The notes under the pieces: generated by a model
Seen by the model: only the letters and a program-made list of their open reading frames with translations
What the model was told of the DNA's origin: nothing
Databases searched by the model: none
DNA from: an uncultured Candidatus Saccharibacteria bacterium
GTDB taxonomy: Bacteria > Patescibacteriota > Saccharimonadia > Saccharimonadales > CAIOMD01
Length of the DNA stretch: 64,000 bases
Direction of reading: 5' to 3'
Assembly (NCBI GenBank): GCA_903859365.1
Contig: CAIOMD010000013.1
Span: 1,081 to 65,080 of the forward strand
Translations under genes and position numbers: made by a program
Shown here: positions 9,567 to 18,281 of the stretch, one piece after another
Layout of the letters: each line of letters opens with the position of its first letter
How positions within the stretch are numbered: the first letter of the stretch is position 1

Positions 9567-9606
9567 CAATTGCATAAGAACTTTCTATGCGTTAAATATG
9601 CAATTG
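9567..9606. repeat. Perfect 10-bp inverted repeat CAATTGCATA..TATGCAATTG with a 20-nt spacer
   Basis: Arms at 9567-9576 and 9597-9606, downstream of the topA stop and ~40 nt upstream of the next promoter's -35. No T-run follows it. Confidence 0.8.
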
Positions 9607-9646
9607 TGTCTACTTTGTGCTACAATAAATCTAGAAAACCATATTG

Positions 9647-9675
9647 TTGACTAAATATAAGGTTTATTGTATTAT
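9647..9675 (+). promoter_or_regulatory. Sigma-70-type promoter upstream of the HARE-HTH gene
   Basis: TTGACT (9647-9652), 17-nt spacer, TATTAT (9670-9675). An AAGGAG Shine-Dalgarno sits 11 nt before the ATG at 9739. Confidence 0.5.
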
Positions 9676-9738
9676 ATACATAATAAATATGCACCCCTTG
9701 GGCAAACAGAGCACCATTTATAAGGAGTAACCATTCAT

Positions 9739-10791
9739 ATGCCAAGCAAATCTAAGTCAGCTATAAGTTCACTCGATCTCGAAGTGGCAACAAAAGCTGT
9801 CTTAAATTCAATCGAAAGAGAGCGAGAGCAAGAAATTATCTCTCGAAGATTTGGCCTCTTTGATCGCAAAGAAACTCTTGAACAAATAGGTGAATTTTTG
9901 GGAATCACGCGAGAGCGAGTTCGACAATTAGAAAAAGTTGTTGTTACGAAATTAAAATCTAGTGCTGCTAATAACAACCTTCAGGCAATTATTGACATAG
10001 ATAAAGAAATTCTTGATATCTTAAGCCGTAATGGAAACGTTATGCGCGTATCAGCGCTAGCAGGACTCTTGAGCAAGAATGGGGATAAAATAGACCAGGC
10101 TAGAATTGGATTCCTATGTGAGCTTTCTCCCCTATTAAGCGTTATCGAAGAAAGTGATCATTTCTATTACAGTGTTGGCTCCAGAGAAGTCAACGACGAA
10201 AAGAAAATCAGAGAACTATCTAATAAAATTGTTGAGATAATCAAAAAAAATGGTGTGCCGGCAGAAATTCAGAAAGTGGCAGAGCAACTAAAAGATAATG
10301 ATGTTACCCATGTTGCATCACTTGCAAGCACTTCAAAACACTTAGCTCAACTCAATGGCCAATGGGGACTCGCTAAATGGCCAACTGTTAATCCCCGAAA
10401 TATCCGTGACAAGATTTACGTTATTCTAAAAGAAAACCAAAAACATATGCATTTTAATGAAATTGCAGAAGCTATAAAGATTTCTGAATTTAAAAGAAAA
10501 GATGTCACCACACAAGCAATTCATAACGAACTTATAAAAGACAAGCGATTCGTATTGATCGGTAGAGGCATTTACGCACTTTCAGAGTGGGGTTACAAAA
10601 AGGGAACAGTTGCTGATACTATTTCTGAAGTACTAGCAGAAGCTGGAGAGGCACTGCATAGAGATGAAATTGTTAAAAGAGTACTCAAGCATCGCTTCGT
10701 AAAAGAAACAACCATACTTCTTAATTTACAGGGTAAAAACCAATTTAAGAGAGTTGCAAAAGCTACTTACGCGCTTGAAGACTTATCTTAA
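9739..10791 (+). CDS. DNA-binding protein with a sigma-70 region-4-like HTH and C-terminal HARE-HTH/winged-helix modules
   Basis: ISRRFGLFDRKETLEQIGEFLGITRERVRQLEKVVVTKLK resembles sigma region 4. HFNEIAEAIK..RFVLIGRGIYALSEWGY resembles HARE-HTH, and a second winged-helix-like module follows. Confidence 0.65.
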   Translation: MPSKSKSAISSLDLEVATKAVLNSIEREREQEIISRRFGLFDRKETLEQIGEFLGITRERVRQLEKVVVTKLKSSAANNNLQAIIDIDKEILDILSRNGNVMRVSALAGLLSKNGDKIDQARIGFLCELSPLLSVIEESDHFYYSVGSREVNDEKKIRELSNKIVEIIKKNGVPAEIQKVAEQLKDNDVTHVASLASTSKHLAQLNGQWGLAKWPTVNPRNIRDKIYVILKENQKHMHFNEIAEAIKISEFKRKDVTTQAIHNELIKDKRFVLIGRGIYALSEWGYKKGTVADTISEVLAEAGEALHRDEIVKRVLKHRFVKETTILLNLQGKNQFKRVAKATYALEDLS

Positions 10792-10813
10792 AGTGCAGTC
10801 TGATTAATTCGGA

Positions 10814-10821
10814 TGTATAAT
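10814..10821 (+). promoter_or_regulatory. Extended -10 element (TGTATAAT) ahead of the ATPase gene
   Basis: TG-n-TATAAT lies 33 nt before the ATG at 10855. The -35 is weak. Confidence 0.35.
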
Positions 10822-10854
10822 ACTTCTTGTGGCTAAATTAAAATTGTATTAAAA

Positions 10855-13395
10855 ATGTCTATCACTCATTCCAAACACGCACTATTATTGCTGCAAATTC
10901 CTCGCACCAATGATAAAAAAGAACTCGCTGCCGAACAAATGTTTGCGGCTCTTCATGGTATCTTAAAACCTAAGCGAGAAGTGGTTAAGGGGCTCCAGGA
11001 TCACATCAGTTTTGAAATTGCAGCCATAGGACAGCAGATTCGATTTTACGTATGGGTACCACGTTCATTACAAGGGTTCGTTGAAGGCCAAATATATGCC
11101 CAGTATCCGACTGCGCAGATATCTGAACTTGAAGAAGACTACGCAAATAGAATGATGCCTCAAACAACTATTCATACTGCCGAACTCACGCTCATAGATA
11201 ATGAGACAATACCGATAAAATCTTTCCCGAGTTTTGAAGTTGATCCGCTTGCCGCCATTACTGCAACTTTTTCAAAATTAGAACAACCCAATGAAGAAAT
11301 GTGGGTTCAGGTTATTGTGCGACCAATTTCTGATGACTGGCACAAGCAAAGTTCACGAATTGCCAATAGGATCAAAAGTGGTAAAGGTATAAGGGGGTCT
11401 AACGGGATTTCTGCAGGATTCAACTACCTAGGACAAGCCTTAGGCGCTTTAGTTCGTCCCCCGTCAGAATCAGGTAAAATTTACGAACCTTCCGAGCGAG
11501 ATAAGACAAGAATTGCGGCAATTGAAGAAAAAAGTCGAAAACTAGGGTATCAGGTTAAAATACGGATTGTTTACGCTGGCAATGATCAAGTAACTGCAAG
11601 AATGCGAATGCAGGCGATGGTTGGTACGTTCAAACAATTTAATACAACCAACCTTAATGGCTTTGAGAATAAGTTTCCGAGTTTTGACCCAAGTAAATTA
11701 GCTGATTATCATGCAAGAGCCTTTCACGATAGAGGTTTTATTCTAAATATTGAAGAGGTGGCCAGCCTGTACCACTTACCTCATACTACTGTCGAAACAC
11801 CAAATATAGTATGGGCTACAACAAAAACTGCAGAACCACCCTCCACGCTTCCTTCATTTGGCCAGCATGATGAAAAAACCATAAGTCTCTACGGAACTAC
11901 TAATTTCAGAGGAACAAAAACTATGTTTGGCCTGCTTAGGGCTGACAGGGGAAGGCATGTGTATGTTCTTGGCCAAACAGGCGCAGGAAAATCGGGACTT
12001 CTTGAACTACTGACTCTTTCTGACATCTACTATGATCAGGGTTTTGCTGTTATAGATCCGCATGGCGATTATGCCTCTAACGTACTACAGTTTATTCCCG
12101 AAAGACGAATTAAAGATGTTATTTATTTCAATCCGGCGGATACTGAATTTCCAATGGGCTTTAACCCCCTTGAAGTATCTGATTCCGCAAGCAAGGGGCA
12201 GGTGAGCAGTGAGCTGGTCGGAGTACTAAAGCGAATGTTTGATTCATGGGGGCCGAGGCTTGAATACATCCTTCGCTTCACTATTCTCGCTTTACTAGAT
12301 TACCCAAATGCTACTATGCTCGATATTACTCGAATGTTAACAGAAAAGAAATTTAGGGAAGAAGTTATTACGCACATTGATGACCCTATTGTTCGAAACT
12401 TCTGGGTAACAGAATTTGCAAGCTGGAATGAAAAATTCGCAAGTGAAGCGGTTGCTCCAGTGCTTAACAAGGTAGGTGCTTTTACTGCAAACCCTATTAT
12501 TAGAAATATAATTGGGCAGCCTAAGAGCACTTTCAATATCCGCAAAATAATGGACGAAGGAAAGATACTTATCGTAAATCTCTCAAGAGGGCTGATTGGT
12601 GAGGATAATGCTGCAATTTTGGGTGCAATGCTTGTAACCAAAATTCAACTTGCGGCCATGAGCCGCGCTGATATTCCTCGACTTGAGGATCGTAAACCAT
12701 TCTATTTATATGTTGACGAATTCCAGAACTTTGCTACTGATAGCTTTGCAGTTATTTTAAGCGAAGCTCGTAAATACGCCCTTAATTTAACAATTGCGAA
12801 TCAATACATATCTCAGATGGAAGACACTGTCAGAAGCGCTGTATTTGGCAACGTGGGTACAATTATAACGTTCAGGGTAAGCCCAGATGATAGCCCATTC
12901 TTAGTTAAATACTTCGAACCACAATTTGAAGCAAGTGATTTATCCAATTTTCATAATAGGAATTTCGTTACGAGCATGAGCATTAATGGTGAAAAAGCTG
13001 CGGCATTTTCGGGAACTACCTTAAATATCCCAGCTTCACAAGTAAATAATTCCTCAAAAATAATTGAATATTCTCGTAAAATGTTTTCGGCCGATAAGCC
13101 AACTGTCGAGGAAATGATTAGGATCCAAACCCAAAAAAAAATAATCGAACCACAGAAACCAGTAATAACCCCGATTAACCAAAAAATTCCTGCAGCAATC
13201 ACGGCAACGTTATTAGAAACTGTGACCGAAGGTTCCTCAGAGAAAATTAGCCCAGCTAAAAAGAGAAGATTGCGAAGAAAGAAACAGGCAATACTACAAT
13301 CGGAAACTACATCCCAAACAACTGCTACAAAACCTGCGGCCATAGTTTCAGACGAAACTACAGCAGTAGATGACACTATACTGCGACTTCGATAA
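10855..13395 (+). CDS. FtsK/HerA-superfamily P-loop ATPase, TraD/VirD4 (type IV coupling protein)-like, with an uncharacterised ~350-aa N-terminal region and a basic tail
   Basis: Walker A VLGQTGAGKSGLL, then AVIDPHGDY, Walker B PFYLYVDEFQNF, ARKYALNLTIANQYISQ. No N-terminal hydrophobic segments. Confidence 0.7.
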   Translation: MSITHSKHALLLLQIPRTNDKKELAAEQMFAALHGILKPKREVVKGLQDHISFEIAAIGQQIRFYVWVPRSLQGFVEGQIYAQYPTAQISELEEDYANRMMPQTTIHTAELTLIDNETIPIKSFPSFEVDPLAAITATFSKLEQPNEEMWVQVIVRPISDDWHKQSSRIANRIKSGKGIRGSNGISAGFNYLGQALGALVRPPSESGKIYEPSERDKTRIAAIEEKSRKLGYQVKIRIVYAGNDQVTARMRMQAMVGTFKQFNTTNLNGFENKFPSFDPSKLADYHARAFHDRGFILNIEEVASLYHLPHTTVETPNIVWATTKTAEPPSTLPSFGQHDEKTISLYGTTNFRGTKTMFGLLRADRGRHVYVLGQTGAGKSGLLELLTLSDIYYDQGFAVIDPHGDYASNVLQFIPERRIKDVIYFNPADTEFPMGFNPLEVSDSASKGQVSSELVGVLKRMFDSWGPRLEYILRFTILALLDYPNATMLDITRMLTEKKFREEVITHIDDPIVRNFWVTEFASWNEKFASEAVAPVLNKVGAFTANPIIRNIIGQPKSTFNIRKIMDEGKILIVNLSRGLIGEDNAAILGAMLVTKIQLAAMSRADIPRLEDRKPFYLYVDEFQNFATDSFAVILSEARKYALNLTIANQYISQMEDTVRSAVFGNVGTIITFRVSPDDSPFLVKYFEPQFEASDLSNFHNRNFVTSMSINGEKAAAFSGTTLNIPASQVNNSSKIIEYSRKMFSADKPTVEEMIRIQTQKKIIEPQKPVITPINQKIPAAITATLLETVTEGSSEKISPAKKRRLRRKKQAILQSETTSQTTATKPAAIVSDETTAVDDTILRLR

Positions 13396-13414
13396 TCATA
13401 TCCACCAAAAAATA

Positions 13415-13432
13415 GAACATTTTACGAACATA
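13415..13432. repeat. Direct repeat copy 1 (GAACATTTTACGAACATA)
   Basis: 17/18 identical to 13929-13946. Lies 20 nt past the ATPase stop codon. Confidence 0.9.
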
Positions 13433-13779
13433 AAATAAATGATGATAACGGGACGACAAAGGTAATTAATAATTGATACGTTGGATGGTTAGTTTCTTTA
13501 GCAGAGGACTGAATAAGGGATCAGATAAAATTAGCTGAACAAGATATATTCATATGAGAGATGACCTATAGAAGGGCTTATTTGTCTGGTTCTACAATGT
13601 CGCACAATATATCTTTTACGACATTAATTATACAAATAACCACGTTTCGTAGTGCGTTGCTAGCAGGGTATGTTTTACAAATATTTATATATTAAAGGGG
13701 CTACCGGTAGAAATTGATTATCACTTCTATACCGCTAAGATCAGCTCAGCTTTTCTTTTTAACAAAAGTGCTATATATA

Positions 13780-13790
13780 GTTATCCACAG
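13780..13790 (+). promoter_or_regulatory. Perfect DnaA-box-like motif GTTATCCACAG
   Basis: Exact match to the canonical TTATCCACA 9-mer, in an ORF-free spacer. Confidence 0.3.
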
Positions 13791-13928
13791 CTATATTTGC
13801 AATTTTGGTTCTTTTGTTGCTTTATTCACTTTTCCCCACCTCTTCCCCTTTTTTTTAAAATATTTGCTTTTTTAAGATATTGTTGGTGTTATATGGAAAG
13901 ATTAGCTAAACCTACGCAAATCTAATAC

Positions 13929-13946
13929 GAACAATTTACGAACATA
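13929..13946. repeat. Direct repeat copy 2 (GAACAATTTACGAACATA)
   Basis: 17/18 identical to 13415-13432. Lies 14 nt past the ftsQ stop codon. Confidence 0.9.
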
Positions 13947-13959
13947 GTGTAGTGGGGGG

Positions 13960-14850
13960 CTACAGATAAAAAACTTTATCAGTAAGTCGAACATCAATAT
14001 ACTGTGACGGAGATTGTCCCAATTGTTTTAGTTTCAACTCGGTCGCCCGTAGTGACCCATATTGAGATAGGATACTCGTATCGAGAGAGTACTTAGCGTA
14101 ATACGGCTTCCCTGCTTCTTTTACATTTATTTCATAAGGATTATTGGTTAAAGAAAAGGTTGGAAAACTGTTCTCAGTGCTGTATTGCGCGTTAAGTTGA
14201 AGTAAATCATTTGCTTCATCAGGAGAAAGCACTTGTTCCCCTGCTTTGTTGTTTAGCCCGGAGTTATTAATTATCCGTGGCAGCGATTGATACATTTTCA
14301 AGGCATCACCTACTGCTAGAAGTGCCTTACCAGATTGGCTGATGATATAATCTGGCGCACCTTTTTGCTCGAAAATCATAAAGGCCTTCCCCGTAACTAT
14401 TGTTATGACAGGGTTATGACCTAGAAGCGAGGAACCAACTTTAATAGACGACGCCTCTGGGAAAAGTTCCGCTAATTTAGAAGAAGCATCCTGAGACTGA
14501 AGTAAAAATTTTAGCCTGTTTCTTGCGTCGCTGGATAGTACTTGTTGGGCCAACTGTTGATATGATTTCAAAGATCTATATTGCACTCCATCAACCTTAA
14601 TAACAGGATCGGAGCCAAGGAGTGAAGAATATATGCAGATAAAGATAACAAAAATTATAACGACTGATCTCGTAATATTACTTTTTGTAATTTTTAGTTT
14701 CGGCTTGATCCGCATTGATTCTGCTCTTCCACGGCTTCTTTCGAATGTATCCAATTGCTTACGAGAAGCTGAATAATACGAAATGACTTTTTCAGAATTC
14801 TGAGAATTATTTGGTCGGCGCCCCACCTCTTTTACCTTTTTTTTAAACAT
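13960..14850 (-). CDS. ftsQ: Cell division protein FtsQ/DivIB-like
   Basis: Basic N-terminus, one TM segment (VVIIFVIFICIYSSLLG), POTRA-like region, C-terminal YIDVRLTDKVFY. It is the last gene of the dcw cluster and overlaps murG by 8 nt. Confidence 0.65.
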   Translation of the reverse strand: MFKKKVKEVGRRPNNSQNSEKVISYYSASRKQLDTFERSRGRAESMRIKPKLKITKSNITRSVVIIFVIFICIYSSLLGSDPVIKVDGVQYRSLKSYQQLAQQVLSSDARNRLKFLLQSQDASSKLAELFPEASSIKVGSSLLGHNPVITIVTGKAFMIFEQKGAPDYIISQSGKALLAVGDALKMYQSLPRIINNSGLNNKAGEQVLSPDEANDLLQLNAQYSTENSFPTFSLTNNPYEINVKEAGKPYYAKYSLDTSILSQYGSLRATELKLKQLGQSPSQYIDVRLTDKVFYL

Positions 14851-16015
14851 TTTTGTTAATGGCCTCCATTAAAACTCCTACGATATTCTTTGCGGCATGA
14901 GGCACCGCAAGTTTGCTTAAATTATGAGCCATTTTTATTCTTAAATTTTTATCATTTTCCAGCATTAAGATTTCATTAAGCAGAACTTTACCTTCTGATA
15001 TTTCTAATTCTTTTTCGTCTACTAAAATTCCAGCATCATTTGCCTTAATCATTTCCGCATTCTTGGTTTGATGCCCACCTGTTAAAATCGGGTTTGGTAC
15101 TAATATTACACATTTTTGTTGAGCGCTTAATTCATGAATACTGCTACCTGCTCGCGAAACAACTATATCTGATGCTGCGGTTATCGTCTTTAAATCATTC
15201 GTATACGATAATACTAGAATTTTTTTTCTGATAGCTTCTTCGTATTTACTATATTCATCCTGGATATCTTTAAAATGAGCCTTACCGGTAACATGAATAA
15301 TAATTCTTTCATCTGAACCAGCTAAATAGTCTTTTGCAATTTGCTGTACAGCATTATTTAAACGAAGTGCTCCCAGACTTCCTCCAATAAAAGAAACTAC
15401 AAAATTAGTGTCCTTTAATCCAAGATGCTTTTTAGCACTAGTTTCAATTTCGGGTGTAACTGTAACAATATCTTCATTAATCGGGAGGCCGGTGCGGCGA
15501 ATTGTTTTTCTGTCATACTTGTATGATTCTATAGGCATCGCAACAGCTTGCAATTTCGAGTACCTCGATAAAATTCTATTTGTAAGGCCAGGTACTGCAT
15601 CAGAATCATGAGTCACAACAGGAATCCTCAATAATGCACCAGCTAGCCCAACTGGAAGTCCCACGAATCCACCCTTTACAAAAATAACATCTGGCCTCCA
15701 AAAGACGAGATGACCAATGCTTTGAATAAAGCCAAATAAAAATAGAAATAAATCACGTATATTTTTTAAAGTAATACGTGGATCCTTTACGTACACCAGC
15801 TTACTTATCTTGTGATATCTTCTGAACTTACCAGCGAAGATTAAATAAGACTTTTCAAAATCTTTAGAGTTTTTAACAAGATTTCCGAAACTATCTCCAT
15901 AATTTCCGATATATCGAATTGACGCACTAGGTTGCTCTTTTTTAAGCTCAGATGCTACTGCGAGTAATGGTGTAACGTGGCCGGCTGTTCCTCCGCCTGT
16001 CATCATGACTTTCAT
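14843..16015 (-). CDS. murG: Lipid II synthase MurG (UDP-GlcNAc transferase)
   Basis: N-terminal TGGGTAGHVTPLLAV and C-terminal SRAGSSIHELSA, TGGHQTKNA. Confidence 0.95.
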   Translation of the reverse strand: MKVMMTGGGTAGHVTPLLAVASELKKEQPSASIRYIGNYGDSFGNLVKNSKDFEKSYLIFAGKFRRYHKISKLVYVKDPRITLKNIRDLFLFLFGFIQSIGHLVFWRPDVIFVKGGFVGLPVGLAGALLRIPVVTHDSDAVPGLTNRILSRYSKLQAVAMPIESYKYDRKTIRRTGLPINEDIVTVTPEIETSAKKHLGLKDTNFVVSFIGGSLGALRLNNAVQQIAKDYLAGSDERIIIHVTGKAHFKDIQDEYSKYEEAIRKKILVLSYTNDLKTITAASDIVVSRAGSSIHELSAQQKCVILVPNPILTGGHQTKNAEMIKANDAGILVDEKELEISEGKVLLNEILMLENDKNLRIKMAHNLSKLAVPHAAKNIVGVLMEAINKNV

Positions 16016-17189
16016 TCGAGCTCCTTTCGTCTTCGAATCCTTTTATATTCTGTCTAATATTCGTAAGTGAAGATATCTGGAAAACAACTCCCACTGCAGC
16101 CATAGTAAAGATCATACTAGTACCTCCATAGCTTATAAAGGGTAACGGAATACCCTTGAGTGGTGCAAGCCCTATCATGGCACAAATATTAAAAGTAGCC
16201 TGGAAGGCAATCCAAGTAAATGCAGCCACAGCAACAAGTTGATATGCTCGATTAGGTGCATATTTTATGACATCAATTATTCGGAATAATAGTGCTGCAA
16301 AAATACTAAGCAATACCATACAACCAATAAAGCCAAACTTTTCTGCAAAAATCGCAAAAATTGAGTCATTAGTCGATTCAGGTAAATAGCCAAAATCTTG
16401 TACACTATTCCCAACTCCAAGACCCAATAGTCCCCCACTTCCAACTCCTACGAGAGCCTGGCATTCTTGATAGCCCGTCGAAGAGCAATCTCTTTGAGGC
16501 TGTAAAAAATTAAGAAATCGATCTCTTCGATATGGAGTACTCGAGATCGCAATAATTATTAAAAATACTACTGCTAAAACCGTTATCATAAAACCTTTTA
16601 TTTTAACGCCCGCAATAAAAAGCATGGCAAAAAGCATCATAAGTAACACTATGGTGGAGCCAAGATCTTTTTGAAGAAAAATTATCGTGATTGCATAAAC
16701 CGCTACAATGGAAAGTTCTATTTTCATTTTTCGAATTGAAAAATGTTTATGTTCTTTAACAAAATTTGCTAAATAAAACCCACCTAAAATCATAAAAATA
16801 AATTTAACAAATTCAACTGGTTGAAAAGAAAGCATGCCAATCTGTAGCCACCTATTTCCAGTACCGCCAAGGATGATAGTGGCAACAATCATTAAGAAAC
16901 TGATGATAATGAGATGTTTCTGGTATTTAAGAAAATTAGGTAATGGAAATTTAAAGGCTGCAAAAAAAGCGACGAGGCCGAGAAGCACATCAACAAATTG
17001 TCTTCCAACAAAATAATTAGCCGTAACATTTCCCCCTTCAGCAGCAAGTGCTGGGCCAATTGAGTAAATAAGAATAAGCCCTATCCCCATGAGAATCAAA
17101 ACAAGAACGAGTATCCAATGATCGGGCCTATGTTTGCGCACTGGAAGCTCACCTACGCCATTCTGGCGGCGCTCAGTGCGCGAGATCAT
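15948..17189 (-). CDS. ftsW: SEDS-family peptidoglycan polymerase FtsW
   Basis: Ten-TM SEDS-like profile with a PLKGIPLPFISYGGTS motif. I moved the start to the ATG at 17189, which forms an ATGA overlap with the mraY stop. The 3' end overlaps murG by 68 nt. Confidence 0.88.
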   Translation of the reverse strand: MISRTERRQNGVGELPVRKHRPDHWILVLVLILMGIGLILIYSIGPALAAEGGNVTANYFVGRQFVDVLLGLVAFFAAFKFPLPNFLKYQKHLIIISFLMIVATIILGGTGNRWLQIGMLSFQPVEFVKFIFMILGGFYLANFVKEHKHFSIRKMKIELSIVAVYAITIIFLQKDLGSTIVLLMMLFAMLFIAGVKIKGFMITVLAVVFLIIIAISSTPYRRDRFLNFLQPQRDCSSTGYQECQALVGVGSGGLLGLGVGNSVQDFGYLPESTNDSIFAIFAEKFGFIGCMVLLSIFAALLFRIIDVIKYAPNRAYQLVAVAAFTWIAFQATFNICAMIGLAPLKGIPLPFISYGGTSMIFTMAAVGVVFQISSLTNIRQNIKGFEDERSSNESHDDRRRNSRPRYTITRSSI

Positions 17190-18226
17190 ACAAATCCCCC
17201 AACTATTGCCAGTAGTATGCCTACGCTTGCGAAAACGGTTCCTAGAACCCAAAACCGCATAGTAACTTTAGTTTCTGGCCATCCTATTGCTTCATAATGA
17301 TGATGGATAGGACTTATCCTGAAAATCTTTTTACCATTTCTAAGTTTCTTGGATAAAACCTGAAGTATTACAGACCCTGCTTCAGCAACAAATACGAACC
17401 CTATAACTGGTAATAAGAACAATGTATCAGTCATCATAGCAACAACTCCTAGAGTTGTACCTAGAGCAAAACTGCCTACATCCCCCATAAAAAAACGAGC
17501 GGGGAAAATATTAAACCAAATATATGATAATAGTGATCCTACGATAGTCAAGCAAAATGTCGCAAGTGCGTATTTTCCTTGGAACAAGGCGATTACGGAA
17601 TATGCCGTAAAAGATGTGGCCAAAAGTCCCCCTGCCAAACCATCCAATCCATCGGAAATATTCACCGCGTTGGCAGTAGCAACAACAACCAACACAAAAA
17701 TAGGAATTATAATCCAGCCGACCATCAGCGTTCCAGAACCGGGTAAATGAATAGAGTTAAATCCATCCTTTTGGTAGAACCACCACCCACTCACTGAGGC
17801 TACTGATGCTACAAGAAGTAATTTGATCTTGGATCGCAACCCAGCGACTCCTGAGCCATCCCCTTTAATATTAATGTAATCGTCGAGTAATCCCACTAAT
17901 CCAGCACCCAGGAGAGCAGCGAGCGGAAGCCAGGTTTGTCCTCTATCAAGATTGAATATGATGGTAACTACTGAAACGGCAACTACCATAATAAGTCCGG
18001 CCATTGTTGGTATATTTCTTCTATGCTTCTCACCATGTAATTTTTGTAGCTCAGTTGCTTTTTCACCAGTCAAGGTTGTTGTGCGCAGTTTTTTCCACCA
18101 ACGATACTTATAGGCAATAGTCGTGTAAATTGGAGTTAATAGAATGCTAAAAGCAAAACCAAAAAAACCTAACATAAAAATGTGAACCAAGGATGAATGC
18201 TGGATTGATAAGAGTGTATTTGTCAT
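17186..18226 (-). CDS. mraY: Phospho-MurNAc-pentapeptide translocase MraY
   Basis: NAVNISDGLDGLA, MGDVGSFALG and RISPIHHHYE motifs. Confidence 0.95.
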   Translation of the reverse strand: MTNTLLSIQHSSLVHIFMLGFFGFAFSILLTPIYTTIAYKYRWWKKLRTTTLTGEKATELQKLHGEKHRRNIPTMAGLIMVVAVSVVTIIFNLDRGQTWLPLAALLGAGLVGLLDDYINIKGDGSGVAGLRSKIKLLLVASVASVSGWWFYQKDGFNSIHLPGSGTLMVGWIIIPIFVLVVVATANAVNISDGLDGLAGGLLATSFTAYSVIALFQGKYALATFCLTIVGSLLSYIWFNIFPARFFMGDVGSFALGTTLGVVAMMTDTLFLLPVIGFVFVAEAGSVILQVLSKKLRNGKKIFRISPIHHHYEAIGWPETKVTMRFWVLGTVFASVGILLAIVGGFV

Positions 18227-18281
18227 AATTTTTTTGTATTTAGTGAGCTTTGCTTATTAAGTAATTATACCATAATATCCT

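Noticed and set aside
13410-13460. A dif/Xer site in the convergent spacer.
   Set aside because: The best candidate (ACGAACATAA-AATAAA-TGATGATAACG) matches the conserved XerD arm TTATGTnAAnT at only about 7 of 11 positions. The other look-alike (13597-13625) has 16-nt rather than 6-nt arm spacing. This is too weak to claim.
13561-13695. A 44-codon ORF in the convergent spacer as a real gene.
   Set aside because: It has no convincing Shine-Dalgarno, no recognisable motif and no supporting signal. It is kept only as a note inside the spacer finding.
13396-13959. Calling this spacer (or 61855-62267) the replication origin oriC.
   Set aside because: Each has only one exact DnaA box plus a few two-mismatch sites, and no dnaA/dnaN gene is in the window. 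The flanking genes at 13.4-14.0 kb converge (terminus-like polarity) rather than diverge.
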